IMG/VR virus record: IMGVR_UViG_3300021959_006010
Location: 62,001 to 126,000 of that record
Length of the DNA stretch: 64,000 nucleotides
Reading direction: 5' to 3' (one strand)
This document shows, in pieces, positions 44,670 through 54,517 of this stretch (within the stretch, counting starts at the first letter, position 1; each line of letters starts with the position of its first letter). The notes beneath the pieces are model-generated. The model was not told the DNA's origin. It searched no databases and saw only the letters and a program-made list of their open reading frames with translations. The translations under genes were made by a program, and so were the position numbers.

Positions 44670-45048
44670 CCTCTGTTAATTCGGCTCCGCTTAGTAATTC
44701 AAAACATCTGCCTGCATTGTATGTACCTCTATTTACAGCACGTTCGATGCCTTCTGGATTTGCAATAGCTGCTGCTGTCATATCAATTTCTTGTAATTTA
44801 TTAGCAAGTTGCTGGTTTTGTCGACGAATGTTAGCAAATTCCTCATTTACTTTTCTTAACTCTTCATTGGCGGCAGCAAAATCCGCCGCCATTGTTTTGA
44901 TTGTTTCTTCGTTGGTTGCTACTGCCAGTTCTAATTTAGCATTATTTTCAGTCAGCACAGAAATGGTTTTCTGAGTTTCAGTGTAATACCAGTATCCGAT
45001 ACCGCCCATAGTTATTATAACAATTAAAAGTATCCCTGACAGTTTCAT
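44545..45048 (-). CDS. i-spanin-like protein
   Basis: N-terminal TM, long coiled coil, two Cys; directly after the endolysin. Confidence 0.7.
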   Translation of the reverse strand: MKLSGILLIVIITMGGIGYWYYTETQKTISVLTENNAKLELAVATNEETIKTMAADFAAANEELRKVNEEFANIRRQNQQLANKLQEIDMTAAAIANPEGIERAVNRGTYNAGRCFELLSGAELTEDEKNAENARSFNKECPWLYDDYKSRGMLNDPTNDTSNQQTD

Positions 45049-45050
45049 TT

Positions 45051-45899
45051 TTATTCCCCAAACATCATAGCAAGTGATTTAGGACCCATAACACCATCCG
45101 GTGTAAGTCCATTTTCTTCTTGCCACGCTTTTACATGTGCTTCAGTGCCACGTCCAAAAATTCCGTCTGCACCAATTTCTAATTCTTCTTGTACTGCTTT
45201 AACAGTTGGTCCTTTTGAACCTAAGCGAATTGTTTCATAAACAATAGCACTTGGATCCCAGTCGCCACCTAATACTTCCATTGCATGATGATAGTGTTTT
45301 TCTCTATCTTCAAGTCCGATGTATCCACCGTTAATGCGTTTTGTAGCACCTTTAATATCAAGGGCATCGGCATATTTGTTAAGGTCGTTAGTGTCCCAGA
45401 ACCAGCAAGCACTATCTAAAGCACCCTTTTTAGTACGCACATATTCTACCGCTTCTTCTGGGGACATTTCCATTTCTTCCCCAAATTTTGTATAATTGTA
45501 TCGTCCAGTGAGTTGTAGAATGCCGCCTCCCCTAAAGGTCCAGCCGTCCCCGCTATCTGTATCGCCGTTGTCCATTCTATTTGCGTAAATAACGTTTGCA
45601 ATTTTACGAGGTTGTCTGTGATATTCTTGAGCATCTCTTCCTGCCCTTTCAAAATATTTTCCGAATATTGCATTAAGTGCTTTTGCACTGTAATTTAAAT
45701 TTTCTGTTAGTACTTTAAAGTTGTTTGATTCGTGTCCGCATTGTGCGATAAACATTGCTACACGTTCTGGTGTGTCTACTTCCCAAAGCGGAAGTATTTC
45801 ACACATAGCGTCATACCAATCTTCTGCTTCTTCGTTACCTCTTAACAGTTCAATGACCATTTCTTCGGTAAATTCAAATTCAAAGTCTTCAGCTGCCAT
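45051..45899 (-). CDS. endolysin: GH19 muramidase plus C-terminal peptidoglycan-binding domain
   Basis: FIAQCGHES, RGGGILQLTGRYNY, SACWFW, INGGYIGLEDR; DGIFG...DG.MG PG-binding motif. Confidence 0.92.
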   Translation of the reverse strand: MAAEDFEFEFTEEMVIELLRGNEEAEDWYDAMCEILPLWEVDTPERVAMFIAQCGHESNNFKVLTENLNYSAKALNAIFGKYFERAGRDAQEYHRQPRKIANVIYANRMDNGDTDSGDGWTFRGGGILQLTGRYNYTKFGEEMEMSPEEAVEYVRTKKGALDSACWFWDTNDLNKYADALDIKGATKRINGGYIGLEDREKHYHHAMEVLGGDWDPSAIVYETIRLGSKGPTVKAVQEELEIGADGIFGRGTEAHVKAWQEENGLTPDGVMGPKSLAMMFGE

Positions 45900-46062
45900 T
45901 TTGATTTTCCTTTTGTTGACAATTGTTACATCTACAATGATTGCAAACTACTACTTCGTAGATACCAACATCATGTGCATTTACGCTCATTTTAGCATCA
46001 GATCCACAATGTGATTCTCGACCACAGTTTTCGCAATAACTTCTTTTATAGACGTGTTCCAT
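45889..46062 (-). CDS. small Zn-finger-like protein (57 aa, absent from track)
   Basis: CENCGRESHC...CNHCRCNNC; TAATG coupling. Confidence 0.65.
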   Translation of the reverse strand: MEHVYKRSYCENCGRESHCGSDAKMSVNAHDVGIYEVVVCNHCRCNNCQQKENQNGS

Positions 46063-46781
46063 TATGTTTGTATACGTTCTAAAACTAGAGTGTTTCCTTC
46101 GTTTTCAAAAGTAAGTTTACTACCATATTTAGTAATATTATAATCGCCGATATATTTAGATAGGAAGATAATTTCGCTAAAATCTTGTACGTTTAGCGAT
46201 TCAGTGAGGTTATCAATAATATTTGAAGTTTCGCCAAAATCTATAAAATTAAAAAACACAGGATCAGCATAAGACTTTTTAATTCTAATAATGTCATCCC
46301 ACATATCTATAGTTTCTACAAAACTTCTATTAAAGAAATTTTTGTAATTATTTAAATTACTTTCAGTAACAGTTTGATCGTAATCGTTTGGGTCTAGAGG
46401 TAATTGTTCTGCTAAATTATCACTAGTTAACTGCGCACTTTTAAAGTTTTTATAATAACGGAATCTAAGATTGTTTATGTCGCTTACTTTTTGCACTCCG
46501 TCTGCAAGTTCTAAGATATTATCAGCAGCATGTTTGTCTCTTTCAATTTCAACAAATACTTTATACGTGCCATCTGATTGTTCACCTTTAGTAACATCAG
46601 CATCGAGTACAAAATCATATCCTTTTTCTAAAAAGTTCATTAAGTCTTCTGCTGCAACTTGTTCTTTTACGCTAAAACTTAGTGTAACAATATCTTTGTC
46701 ATCGCCCATTTTACTTTTAAACGAATCTATTTCAAAAATATTATAAACTAAATCTCTTAAATCTTTTGCTTTTAGTCCCAT
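46062..46781 (-). CDS. hypothetical protein
   Basis: Start re-called to MGLKAKD; 239 aa. Confidence 0.75.
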   Translation of the reverse strand: MGLKAKDLRDLVYNIFEIDSFKSKMGDDKDIVTLSFSVKEQVAAEDLMNFLEKGYDFVLDADVTKGEQSDGTYKVFVEIERDKHAADNILELADGVQKVSDINNLRFRYYKNFKSAQLTSDNLAEQLPLDPNDYDQTVTESNLNNYKNFFNRSFVETIDMWDDIIRIKKSYADPVFFNFIDFGETSNIIDNLTESLNVQDFSEIIFLSKYIGDYNITKYGSKLTFENEGNTLVLERIQT

Positions 46782-46782
46782 A

Positions 46783-47313
46783 TTAGATACCCGCCTCCTG
46801 CGCTGCGTCTGCGCCTGCTTCTGCTGCATCTTCTGCTGGTTGTACATCACTTGTTAAATTTGGATCAGTAGCGGCTTCTCTATCAAATATATTATTTTCC
46901 TTCCAGCCTGTAAAAATTTCCGATATTAATTTTTTCGGCATTTGAATTTCTACGACCCATATAGGCATACGATCAAGTTTACCTTTTTTAGTTCCTGGAC
47001 GCATATCATCTGGTGATTTGATTTTACGTGGTACTACTAGTTCGTCTTTTTTATAAGAAACTTTGCAGTCATAATCAACAAGACGCTTACCTCCCATTGG
47101 GTCAGGCATCTTATCTCTTGGCCACATAAAGGAACATGTGACCCAATGTCTTTCAATATTAGGTCCAGATGCTAATTCGCCATCTTCCCAATTTTCGTAT
47201 ACATATAAATCTAAGTCATCTAACACTCTTTCAAAGTCTTTCAATACTTGAAAGCTAGTATTAGAATTATAAATCATTTCTACGTTTTTAATAATGTCTA
47301 GTGTATCGTGCAT
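46783..47313 (-). CDS. hypothetical protein
   Basis: 176 aa; first gene of the late/lysis transcript. Confidence 0.78.
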   Translation of the reverse strand: MHDTLDIIKNVEMIYNSNTSFQVLKDFERVLDDLDLYVYENWEDGELASGPNIERHWVTCSFMWPRDKMPDPMGGKRLVDYDCKVSYKKDELVVPRKIKSPDDMRPGTKKGKLDRMPIWVVEIQMPKKLISEIFTGWKENNIFDREAATDPNLTSDVQPAEDAAEAGADAAQEAGI

Positions 47314-47335
47314 GCTTTACTTCCATCTCTATACT

Positions 47336-47343
47336 TATTTATC
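47336..47343 (-). promoter_or_regulatory. late promoter-like motif GATAAATA
   Basis: In the divergent intergenic region. Confidence 0.55.
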
Positions 47344-47466
47344 GAGATCAGAAACTTATAATATAGTTTTTGTCTGCACCTTCTATGGTAAATACAAATG
47401 TAGGGCAAGCATGTTCTACTGAACTTGAACTACCCTGCGTCATATTCCACCAAAGGAGGACCTTTA

Positions 47467-48186
47467 ATGGGTGCAAAAAGGAAAGCACAATCACGTGCAA
47501 ACAAAAACTACAACAACGTAGTTGACATTAACTTTCATCAAAAAAAGCAACAAGTACAAATCCTTCCAAGAAATAGAAACCAAGAAACTTACGTGTTAAA
47601 ACTGCTAGACGAAACAAAAGATATAGTCTTTGGCATAGGTCCAGCAGGAACAGGCAAAACTCTATTGGCTGTGCAAGTAGCGGTTAAACTATTTAAAGAA
47701 GGAAAAGTTGATAAAATTATTGTTACAAGACCGGCAGTAAGTGTAGATGAGGACCTGGGATTCCTACCAGGTACACTAGAGCAAAAAATGGCTCCGTGGA
47801 CAAGGCCTATTTTTGATGTATTAAGAGAATATTTTGATGCTCGTCAAATTGAAGGGATGATAGAAGAAGGGATTATCGAAATCGCACCGCTTGCATATAT
47901 GCGAGGACGTACATTTAAAAATTCCTTTATTCTAGCAGACGAGATGCAAAACGCAACTCCTAATCAAACAAAAATGTTACTAACACGTCTCGGAGAAGGT
48001 TCTATGATGGCTGTGACTGGTGACCTAGCACAGGCAGATAGATTAAAAGACAACGGTCTAATAGATTTTACAAACCGCTTATTAGAATCAAATTTAACAC
48101 ATATCGACATAGTCAATTTTGGTCAAGGAGATATTGAAAGACATGAGGCAGTTAAAGAAGTTTTACAAGTTTACGGAGACGACTAA
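47467..48186 (+). CDS. phoH: PhoH-like ATPase
   Basis: GPAGTGKT, TRPAV, LGFLPG, YMRGRT, DEMQN, TRLG, GDLAQ; AGGAGG RBS supports the 47467 start. Confidence 0.95.
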   Translation: MGAKRKAQSRANKNYNNVVDINFHQKKQQVQILPRNRNQETYVLKLLDETKDIVFGIGPAGTGKTLLAVQVAVKLFKEGKVDKIIVTRPAVSVDEDLGFLPGTLEQKMAPWTRPIFDVLREYFDARQIEGMIEEGIIEIAPLAYMRGRTFKNSFILADEMQNATPNQTKMLLTRLGEGSMMAVTGDLAQADRLKDNGLIDFTNRLLESNLTHIDIVNFGQGDIERHEAVKEVLQVYGDD

Positions 48187-48608
48187 GTCTTTATAACTTC
48201 AATATTAGATTGATTTAAAAAATCAATGCCCTGTGTACTACGATAATCATTTTTGTAGTACACAGTGGCTATTCCTGATTGATAGATTAGTTTTGCACAA
48301 TCAATACAAGGTGAGTGTGTAATAAAGATACTTGCGCCTTCACCACTTTCAGGCGAACGTGCTAGTTTAGCGATTGCGTTGCTTTCTGCATGGAGGACCT
48401 CTGGCTTAGTTGTTAATTTAAAATTTGCACCATTACCTGAATGTGTTTCGCAACAGTTATCCCAGCCACTAGGCATACCATTGTAACCAATACTGATGAT
48501 ACGATCGTCCTTTACAACAATTGCACCTACTTGTAAACGAGCTGCTGAACTTAGTTGTGCAAATCGTTCTGCAACATCCATGTATGCATTAATAAACTTT
48601 TCTTTCAT
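48183..48608 (-). CDS. dCMP deaminase
   Basis: IGYNG, LHAESNAI, SPCIDC. Confidence 0.92.
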   Translation of the reverse strand: MKEKFINAYMDVAERFAQLSSAARLQVGAIVVKDDRIISIGYNGMPSGWDNCCETHSGNGANFKLTTKPEVLHAESNAIAKLARSPESGEGASIFITHSPCIDCAKLIYQSGIATVYYKNDYRSTQGIDFLNQSNIEVIKT

Positions 48609-48858
48609 TGTGGGGATCTCTTGATTTACTACCTGATTCTCTTTTTATTTGATATAACAAATACTCATTGCGAGTATATATTAAATCCCAACTACGTCCT
48701 TTAATAGGAGGTCGACCCATGTCGTCGAATGTAATTTCTAGTAATATGTATTTTTTTAACCAAATACGCTTTTTACTAAAGCTACTTCTTACAGGCCACC
48801 AGGCAAACTTTTCATGTGCTGTCTCTACTTGATCAAAGTATGCACTTATATGTTTCAT
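48589..48858 (-). CDS. hypothetical protein
   Basis: 89 aa coupled ORF. Confidence 0.65.
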   Translation of the reverse strand: MKHISAYFDQVETAHEKFAWWPVRSSFSKKRIWLKKYILLEITFDDMGRPPIKGRSWDLIYTRNEYLLYQIKRESGSKSRDPHNERKVY

Positions 48859-49721
48859 ACAGCCATTGGTGCTTTAATTGAATCCATTGGATTGTAATTG
48901 TGTAATTTATATTGACTAGGAACAGTTTCTATTAGATCTTCTAAATTTTTAAATACAGGCATTTCAAGTATAGGACCTTTTTGAGGCTCGCGAGTAATTT
49001 GTTCTTTTACTTGATCCATATGATTTTGATAGATATGACAATCTCCACCTGTCCATACAAAGTCTCCTGGTTTTAAATTAAGCAATTGTGCAAACATGTG
49101 TGTAAGCAAACTATAACTGGCAATATTAAATGGAACACCTAAAAACATATCAGCACTGCGTTGGTATAATTGACAACTTAGTTCGCCATCCTGTACATGG
49201 AACTGAAAAAGTGTATGACACGGTGGTAAAGCCATTACACTTACCATATCAGCATTCCATGCACTTACAATATGTCTACGGCTTTCGGGATTATAATGCA
49301 AACTTTCTAATACATTTGCTATTTGATCGACATGGCCGAACTTGGCATCCCAACTGCGCCATTGGTGCCCGTATACCGGTCCCAAATCTTTACGAAAATC
49401 ATTATTAATATAACCTAAATCTTTTGCTTGTGCATCTGCATTTGCAGTCCAAATAGTGTTTTTATCTACTAGTTCTGTTTTGTCTTTTTCAAAAGTAATT
49501 TCTGCAAGTCGACGCTCGTCTGCACTTCCTTCGAGCATCCAAAGTAGTTCTCCAACTACTGCTCTCCATGCCAGTTTCTTTGTTGTAACAGCTGGAAATT
49601 CGTTGCGTAAATCAAAACGCATTTGATAACCAAAAACGCCCCGTGTGCCTACACCTGTTCTGTCATCGCGATCCTTACCGTGTTCTAATATATGTTCTAG
49701 TGCATCAAGATATTGCTTCAA
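48855..49721 (-). CDS. thyA: thymidylate synthase
   Basis: DRTGVGT, ELLW, GPVYG.QW, LPPCH, YQRSAD.FLGVPFN, HIY.NH. Confidence 0.96.
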   Translation of the reverse strand: MKQYLDALEHILEHGKDRDDRTGVGTRGVFGYQMRFDLRNEFPAVTTKKLAWRAVVGELLWMLEGSADERRLAEITFEKDKTELVDKNTIWTANADAQAKDLGYINNDFRKDLGPVYGHQWRSWDAKFGHVDQIANVLESLHYNPESRRHIVSAWNADMVSVMALPPCHTLFQFHVQDGELSCQLYQRSADMFLGVPFNIASYSLLTHMFAQLLNLKPGDFVWTGGDCHIYQNHMDQVKEQITREPQKGPILEMPVFKNLEDLIETVPSQYKLHNYNPMDSIKAPMAV

Positions 49722-49731
49722 TTATTTTCTC

Positions 49732-50334
49732 CTATATTAACGAAAAGTTTCCAGATACTGATGTTCTAGTGCAGTCGCTTTTAAATGATGCAACTGAATG
49801 ATACAAAGACGCAGGAAATATAAAAATGTCTCCTACTTCCGGAAAAAAACTACGAGTGTTTATTGAGTAGCGTTGGTGACTACTGTGTAAAAATTGTATA
49901 GATCCTGGACCTGACTCTATTAATTCTTTTTTAGCCGCACTTACATGTTTTTGATATTCTTCTTTTAATTCTTCTGGAACTTCTAAGTATATTACAAAAG
50001 ACATATCGTGCGAATGTGTGTGCCAAGGATTAAATTCTTTTGCTTGCATAAAATTAATCCACAGTGTACCGAGATTAAAATTAGAATGATTTGCTCTCCA
50101 ACCATAATAATGTTCAAATACATTAAAGTAATCGTCTAACACGGGGTGCATCTGATCAACAAACCATTTCTGATCTTCTTGATTATACAAATATTCTTTA
50201 TCTAAAATTCCAGCTAAGTCAGGTCTAGCATCAATAGTTGAGTTTTTACCTCTTTCTAGTAATCCGTCAACTACGTGTTGAGGAACTTTATTTCTATATA
50301 ACAAAGGTCCCCAATAATAAAAAAATCCTGACAT
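49732..50334 (-). CDS. 2OG-Fe(II) oxygenase
   Basis: WINF, FNPWHTH, SFVIYL, FIFPASLYHSV, RTSVSGN; start re-called to MSGFFY. Confidence 0.82.
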   Translation of the reverse strand: MSGFFYYWGPLLYRNKVPQHVVDGLLERGKNSTIDARPDLAGILDKEYLYNQEDQKWFVDQMHPVLDDYFNVFEHYYGWRANHSNFNLGTLWINFMQAKEFNPWHTHSHDMSFVIYLEVPEELKEEYQKHVSAAKKELIESGPGSIQFLHSSHQRYSINTRSFFPEVGDIFIFPASLYHSVASFKSDCTRTSVSGNFSLI

Positions 50335-50828
50335 TATACTTTTTTCTTCCAAATTTGAAATATTACGTTTTCGGGATCACCTTCTAAATGATCTAATTCA
50401 AATAGTGTTTGTATTTTCATTAGTGGTAAAAATGTATCGCAATCGTATTCGCCTGGTATACGGCTTATATAAAATTCATCAATAACACCAAGACATTGTT
50501 CAACAATGTTAGGTCCGCCAATAACCCAAATAATTAAACCCGGACATGTTGCTTCAAGTTCTTTTAGTTCTGCATTTAAATCACCACTAATATATCCATC
50601 TGCGCCAGGATAATCTTCTTTACGTGTAGTTACTAATACGTTTGTACGTTTAGGCAAAGGCCGTGGCATATGAGGATCTTCCCAAGTAGTAGACCCCATA
50701 ACAACAATATGACCTGCTGTATTTTCTTTGAACCATTTTAAATCTGTTGAATTGTTAGGCCATGGTAGTGTTCCGTCCTTGCTTACGCCACCTTCGTCGT
50801 CACATGCTAAAATTGCTTTAATCGCCAT
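50334..50828 (-). CDS. folA: dihydrofolate reductase
   Basis: LPWP...DLKWFK..T, VMGSTTW, PLPKR.N.L, VIGG; start re-called to MAIKAI. Confidence 0.92.
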   Translation of the reverse strand: MAIKAILACDDEGGVSKDGTLPWPNNSTDLKWFKENTAGHIVVMGSTTWEDPHMPRPLPKRTNVLVTTRKEDYPGADGYISGDLNAELKELEATCPGLIIWVIGGPNIVEQCLGVIDEFYISRIPGEYDCDTFLPLMKIQTLFELDHLEGDPENVIFQIWKKKV

Positions 50829-51165
50829 CACCAGCCTCTTCTGAAAAGTGTTCTTCGTACTTATTGGGTACACCGTCCCACTGTTCGTGATCTGGTAACG
50901 GATCTTTTTTACCTGTAATTACAGGCCAAATTAAACTATATTTGTGATTAATTTGTGTCCATTTATCTCGTTCTGCTTCGTCTAGATTCATATCCGGAAC
51001 AATAGCGTCCACAGGACATTCCGGCTCGCAGACTCCACAATCAATGCATTCGTCTGGATTAATTGCTAAAAAGTTTTCTCCTTCGTAAAAACAATCTACA
51101 GGACAAACTTCTACACAGTCTGTGTGTTTACATTTTACACAATTATCTGTTACCAGATAAGTCAT
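50818..51165 (-). CDS. fdxA: 7Fe ferredoxin (FdxA type)
   Basis: [18 protein letters not shown]...[12 protein letters not shown]. Confidence 0.93.
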   Translation of the reverse strand: MTYLVTDNCVKCKHTDCVEVCPVDCFYEGENFLAINPDECIDCGVCEPECPVDAIVPDMNLDEAERDKWTQINHKYSLIWPVITGKKDPLPDHEQWDGVPNKYEEHFSEEAGDGD

Positions 51166-51730
51166 TTATTACCTCCATAAAAGCTTCGGCGCCTTTGTTA
51201 ACGTTTTCTTGCCAGTTATCCATTGCATTCTCATCTGCAAAATCACTAACATATTTGTAACAACTAAATTTAAACTTTAAGACATTTGCAGCCTTTGCAA
51301 TAGCATAGCCTTCCATGTCGACTAAATCTACATTTGCATATTCAAACCACGGATCGTGTTCCATAACAAAACTATCACCGGTACCTAATGTAATATTTGT
51401 ATTAGTGTTTAACAAAATAGGACCGGCTGTATCATCATGTTCAAAAGGAGTGGTTCCTCTAGGTGCTTGAGGTTCAGCAATCATGTCTCTCTGTATTATA
51501 ACATCAGGCTGAACTAATTGACCTATTAAATTTTTCTGGCTAACAATTCCAGCGGTACCATAATTAATTATTTGTTGAGTGCCAGGTAACTTTACTAAAC
51601 CACAAGCAGCAATTGCAGCATTTACTTTTCCTACACCAGTGTATGCAATCTGCCAACTAGTATCTGGACGATTGTTAAAAAAGTAATTCCTGTCAAGTTC
51701 GCTTTCTAATGCAACTAGAACCCAATTCAT
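51143..51730 (-). CDS. MTA/SAH nucleosidase-like (PNP/UDP family)
   Basis: [31 protein letters not shown]. Confidence 0.82.
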   Translation of the reverse strand: MNWVLVALESELDRNYFFNNRPDTSWQIAYTGVGKVNAAIAACGLVKLPGTQQIINYGTAGIVSQKNLIGQLVQPDVIIQRDMIAEPQAPRGTTPFEHDDTAGPILLNTNTNITLGTGDSFVMEHDPWFEYANVDLVDMEGYAIAKAANVLKFKFSCYKYVSDFADENAMDNWQENVNKGAEAFMEVINDLSGNR

Positions 51731-52644
51731 TACAACCTCGCTAGACGTATCAGTGTTGCAGCTAAATTTATCTCTGGATCTGCTACTAGTGTATGATCAA
51801 CTAGTCCTTGTTTAATTACAAGTACTGCTTGATCTTGTTGTTCTTCACTTCCGAACAGTTCAATGTTATCATACAACCAGCGATAAACTTCTTCCATTTC
51901 TTCTGGACGAATAGCACCGCACAACAGTTTACGTGCTTCTTGGATCTTGCCTGCTTTAAACAGTTCAACCATATCCAACTTCCAGTCGCTCTCGCCTGTG
52001 TCGCCTTGTTGTGGAGCAACTAATACTCCGTCGACTGAATTCATTTGCACCATATTGATGCATTTTCTTAAATCTGGATATGTTGCTTTGACATACGTGT
52101 CCAAAGTATCAAGGTCCGGGCTAACTCCCTCCGTAATAAGTATTTCCGCGACCCTCGCAGTAAACTCTGTCTGGTCGATTTTGGCAATATGGAAACCTTG
52201 GCACCTGCTGTGGATAGCCGGTATAATACGGTTTGGATAGTTACACGTGAGTATAAAACGAGCAGTGCTATGATATTCTTCCATAACACCACGTAACGCT
52301 GCTTGAGCGTTTGGAGATAAGTAATCAGCCTCATCTAATAGTACCACCTTAAAGTCCCCAAATGGGATCATTTGTACAAAGTTTACAATTTTATCACGAA
52401 CATCATCTACAGAGTTTGTTCGCGATGCGTTAATTTCTAGTACGTCTAAATCGTTGACGTCTAGTTCGTTGAACAACAATTTTGCCAACGTTGTTTTTCC
52501 TATTCCAGCATTGCCTGAAAACAGCAAGTGCGGGATTGTTTTGTCTTTTATCCAAGTTTTTACCTGCGCTTTTTGTGCTTCGTCTCTAAACACATAACCG
52601 TCTACTGTCTTCGGACGATACTTTTCTACCCATAATTCTTTCAT
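51730..52644 (-). CDS. clamp loader ATPase subunit (RFC small subunit/gp44-like)
   Basis: WVEKYRP, GNAGIGKT, EINAS, LDEAD, SRC, PDLRK. Confidence 0.92.
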   Translation of the reverse strand: MKELWVEKYRPKTVDGYVFRDEAQKAQVKTWIKDKTIPHLLFSGNAGIGKTTLAKLLFNELDVNDLDVLEINASRTNSVDDVRDKIVNFVQMIPFGDFKVVLLDEADYLSPNAQAALRGVMEEYHSTARFILTCNYPNRIIPAIHSRCQGFHIAKIDQTEFTARVAEILITEGVSPDLDTLDTYVKATYPDLRKCINMVQMNSVDGVLVAPQQGDTGESDWKLDMVELFKAGKIQEARKLLCGAIRPEEMEEVYRWLYDNIELFGSEEQQDQAVLVIKQGLVDHTLVADPEINLAATLIRLARL

Positions 52645-53171
52645 TGTGTGATCCCTAATTCTTTATATGCCATTTGTACACCTTTTGCTTGGAAGTATGC
52701 ATCTGCTAGTGCATTGTGTAAATCACTTTGTCCTATTACTTTACGTGGATCAACTTTACAGCAAGCAAAAAGTGTGCGACTATCTCGCACTTGCCAAAAC
52801 TGCCACGGTATAGGTTTGCTACACTGTCGCAACATATCTTCTAAAATTGTAATGTCAAAGCCATAACCGTGACCCCAAAGAACATCAACACCATTCATCC
52901 ATTTAGGCAATGTGTCAATAAAAGTGTCCATAGCAATTCGTCCTTCTTCTGAGAACGCTTCTTCTTGTGCTTTAGGATCCTGTTGCGACCACCAATTAAT
53001 AGTAGCATCACTTACTTGACGATATTGACTGTCGATGTCTAATTTATAATAAAACTCACTATGCGGTTCAGTGTCTGAAAGTGGATCAAATTTTACACCA
53101 CCTACACTAAGCACTGTTGCACCGGGTGTTGTATGCAGTGTCTCTAAATCGATCATTGCATGTATTGTCAT
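52641..53171 (-). CDS. DEDDh 3'-5' exonuclease
   Basis: IDLETL, FDI..L, RDSRT, HNALADA. Confidence 0.85.
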   Translation of the reverse strand: MTIHAMIDLETLHTTPGATVLSVGGVKFDPLSDTEPHSEFYYKLDIDSQYRQVSDATINWWSQQDPKAQEEAFSEEGRIAMDTFIDTLPKWMNGVDVLWGHGYGFDITILEDMLRQCSKPIPWQFWQVRDSRTLFACCKVDPRKVIGQSDLHNALADAYFQAKGVQMAYKELGITQ

Positions 53172-53362
53172 TTTGTTACCTTGTTTTTACGATTTTCTTG
53201 ACCGATGCCTGCAATAATTAAGAAGACATATAGTATGGGCCATGCCCACCCCGTCAAGTAACCTGTTATATGTAAAATTAATAGTGCGATGCCAGTCGCA
53301 CCTGTTGTACCGATGCCACTTGCTTGTGGTCCTACAGTAATAGCATATTCTGGTAGTTTCAT
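53168..53362 (-). CDS. small two-TM membrane protein
   Basis: Start re-called to MKLPEY. Confidence 0.65.
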   Translation of the reverse strand: MKLPEYAITVGPQASGIGTTGATGIALLILHITGYLTGWAWPILYVFLIIAGIGQENRKNKVTK

Positions 53363-53386
53363 GAGATCTCCTAATAATTTATACAT

Positions 53387-53415
53387 ATTATAACGTATAA
53401 ACTATTAGGAGTCAA
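53387..53415 (-). promoter_or_regulatory. sigma70-type promoter
   Basis: TTGACT-N17-TATAAT. Confidence 0.7.
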
Positions 53416-53422
53416 GTGTTTT

Positions 53423-54094
53423 TTATTCGCGATTTCCGAGTAGTGATAATAGCATCTGGAATAGGTTTATAAAATTCAAATATAAACTAATTGCAAATTG
53501 TATTCCGTATCTTGGATCGCCGCCATGACTTATATAAATGTTTTTAGCGTTTTGTGTGTCCCAAGCAGTTAATCCTGTAAACACAACAACACCAATAATA
53601 CTAATTACAAACTGTAACGCACTACTTGCTAAAAAGATATTAACAACCATTGCAATAATGATACCAATTAAGCCCATAAGCAAAAAGTGTCCAAATCCTG
53701 TAAGGTCACGTTTAGTAGTATAACCCCATAGACTTGCACTTGCAAAAGTTGCTGCTGTAATAAAGAAAACTTGTGCAATGCTTGCGCCTGTATATATAGC
53801 AAAAATTGGTGCAAGTCCGACACCCATCACTGCTGTAAAAGTGTAGTAGAATGTGCGAAGTGTATCATAACTCCAATTTTGTCCTGCAAAGCTATACCAC
53901 AAGATCATTCCTAATGGCGCTAGTGCAAAAATCCATATTGCTCCTGCCATTGCAGCAAGCATTCCGGTTGAATAAACTAGCCATGCTACAATTCCACTAA
54001 CAGCAAGTCCTGCCGCAGTATGGTTGTACATGTTAAGCATAAACTCACGTAAACCTTCGTCGTACTGTCTACGTGCTTCTGTAATTGTACTCAT
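53423..54094 (-). CDS. Bax inhibitor-1/YccA family membrane protein
   Basis: DEGLREFMLNMY, about 7 TM helices, YTTKRDL, WDTQ, LYLNFINLF; GGAG RBS. Confidence 0.9.
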   Translation of the reverse strand: MSTITEARRQYDEGLREFMLNMYNHTAAGLAVSGIVAWLVYSTGMLAAMAGAIWIFALAPLGMILWYSFAGQNWSYDTLRTFYYTFTAVMGVGLAPIFAIYTGASIAQVFFITAATFASASLWGYTTKRDLTGFGHFLLMGLIGIIIAMVVNIFLASSALQFVISIIGVVVFTGLTAWDTQNAKNIYISHGGDPRYGIQFAISLYLNFINLFQMLLSLLGNRE

Positions 54095-54145
54095 TGTATT
54101 TCTCCTCAAATAAAGGTACCGTCCATAAATTAATAGGAGGTAGAT

Positions 54146-54508
54146 TTAATTCTGGCCAAGAAATGGTGCTAGTTCCGGAGCCTTCCAACCTTCTGGTTTT
54201 AATACCTTGCCGTCTTCTCGCTTGATTACTTTGCCTGTTTCTGGATTGATTTTTGCAAAGTTTGTATTCATTACTTCTTTCCATGCACCTTCTCCGTCAA
54301 AGCCGCCTGCTCGAATAGCACCCATAGTAACAACTAGAATGTCAATTAGTGCATCAAGTTGTTCTACTTTATCTTCTTCTTCAACCGCAGTTAAAAGTTC
54401 GTCAAATTCTTCTGCAATTAAACCAAGATACATTTTATAGTTTGCTTCACTCGGTTCTTGATCACATGCAGAACCAAACGTGTCAATATCTTTAAATGGA
54501 TTTGTCAT
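54146..54508 (-). CDS. MazG-like/all-alpha NTP pyrophosphohydrolase
   Basis: LIAEEFDEL, DALID, N..K, DGKVLKPEGW.AP. Confidence 0.85.
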   Translation of the reverse strand: MTNPFKDIDTFGSACDQEPSEANYKMYLGLIAEEFDELLTAVEEEDKVEQLDALIDILVVTMGAIRAGGFDGEGAWKEVMNTNFAKINPETGKVIKREDGKVLKPEGWKAPELAPFLGQN

Positions 54509-54517
54509 TAATACCTC

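Noticed and set aside
51730-52644. RFC-like loader, PolB and PMM as evidence of an archaeal or eukaryotic virus
   Set aside because: Sigma70 promoters, SD sites, a peptidoglycan endolysin, spanins and PDF indicate a Gram-negative bacterial host.
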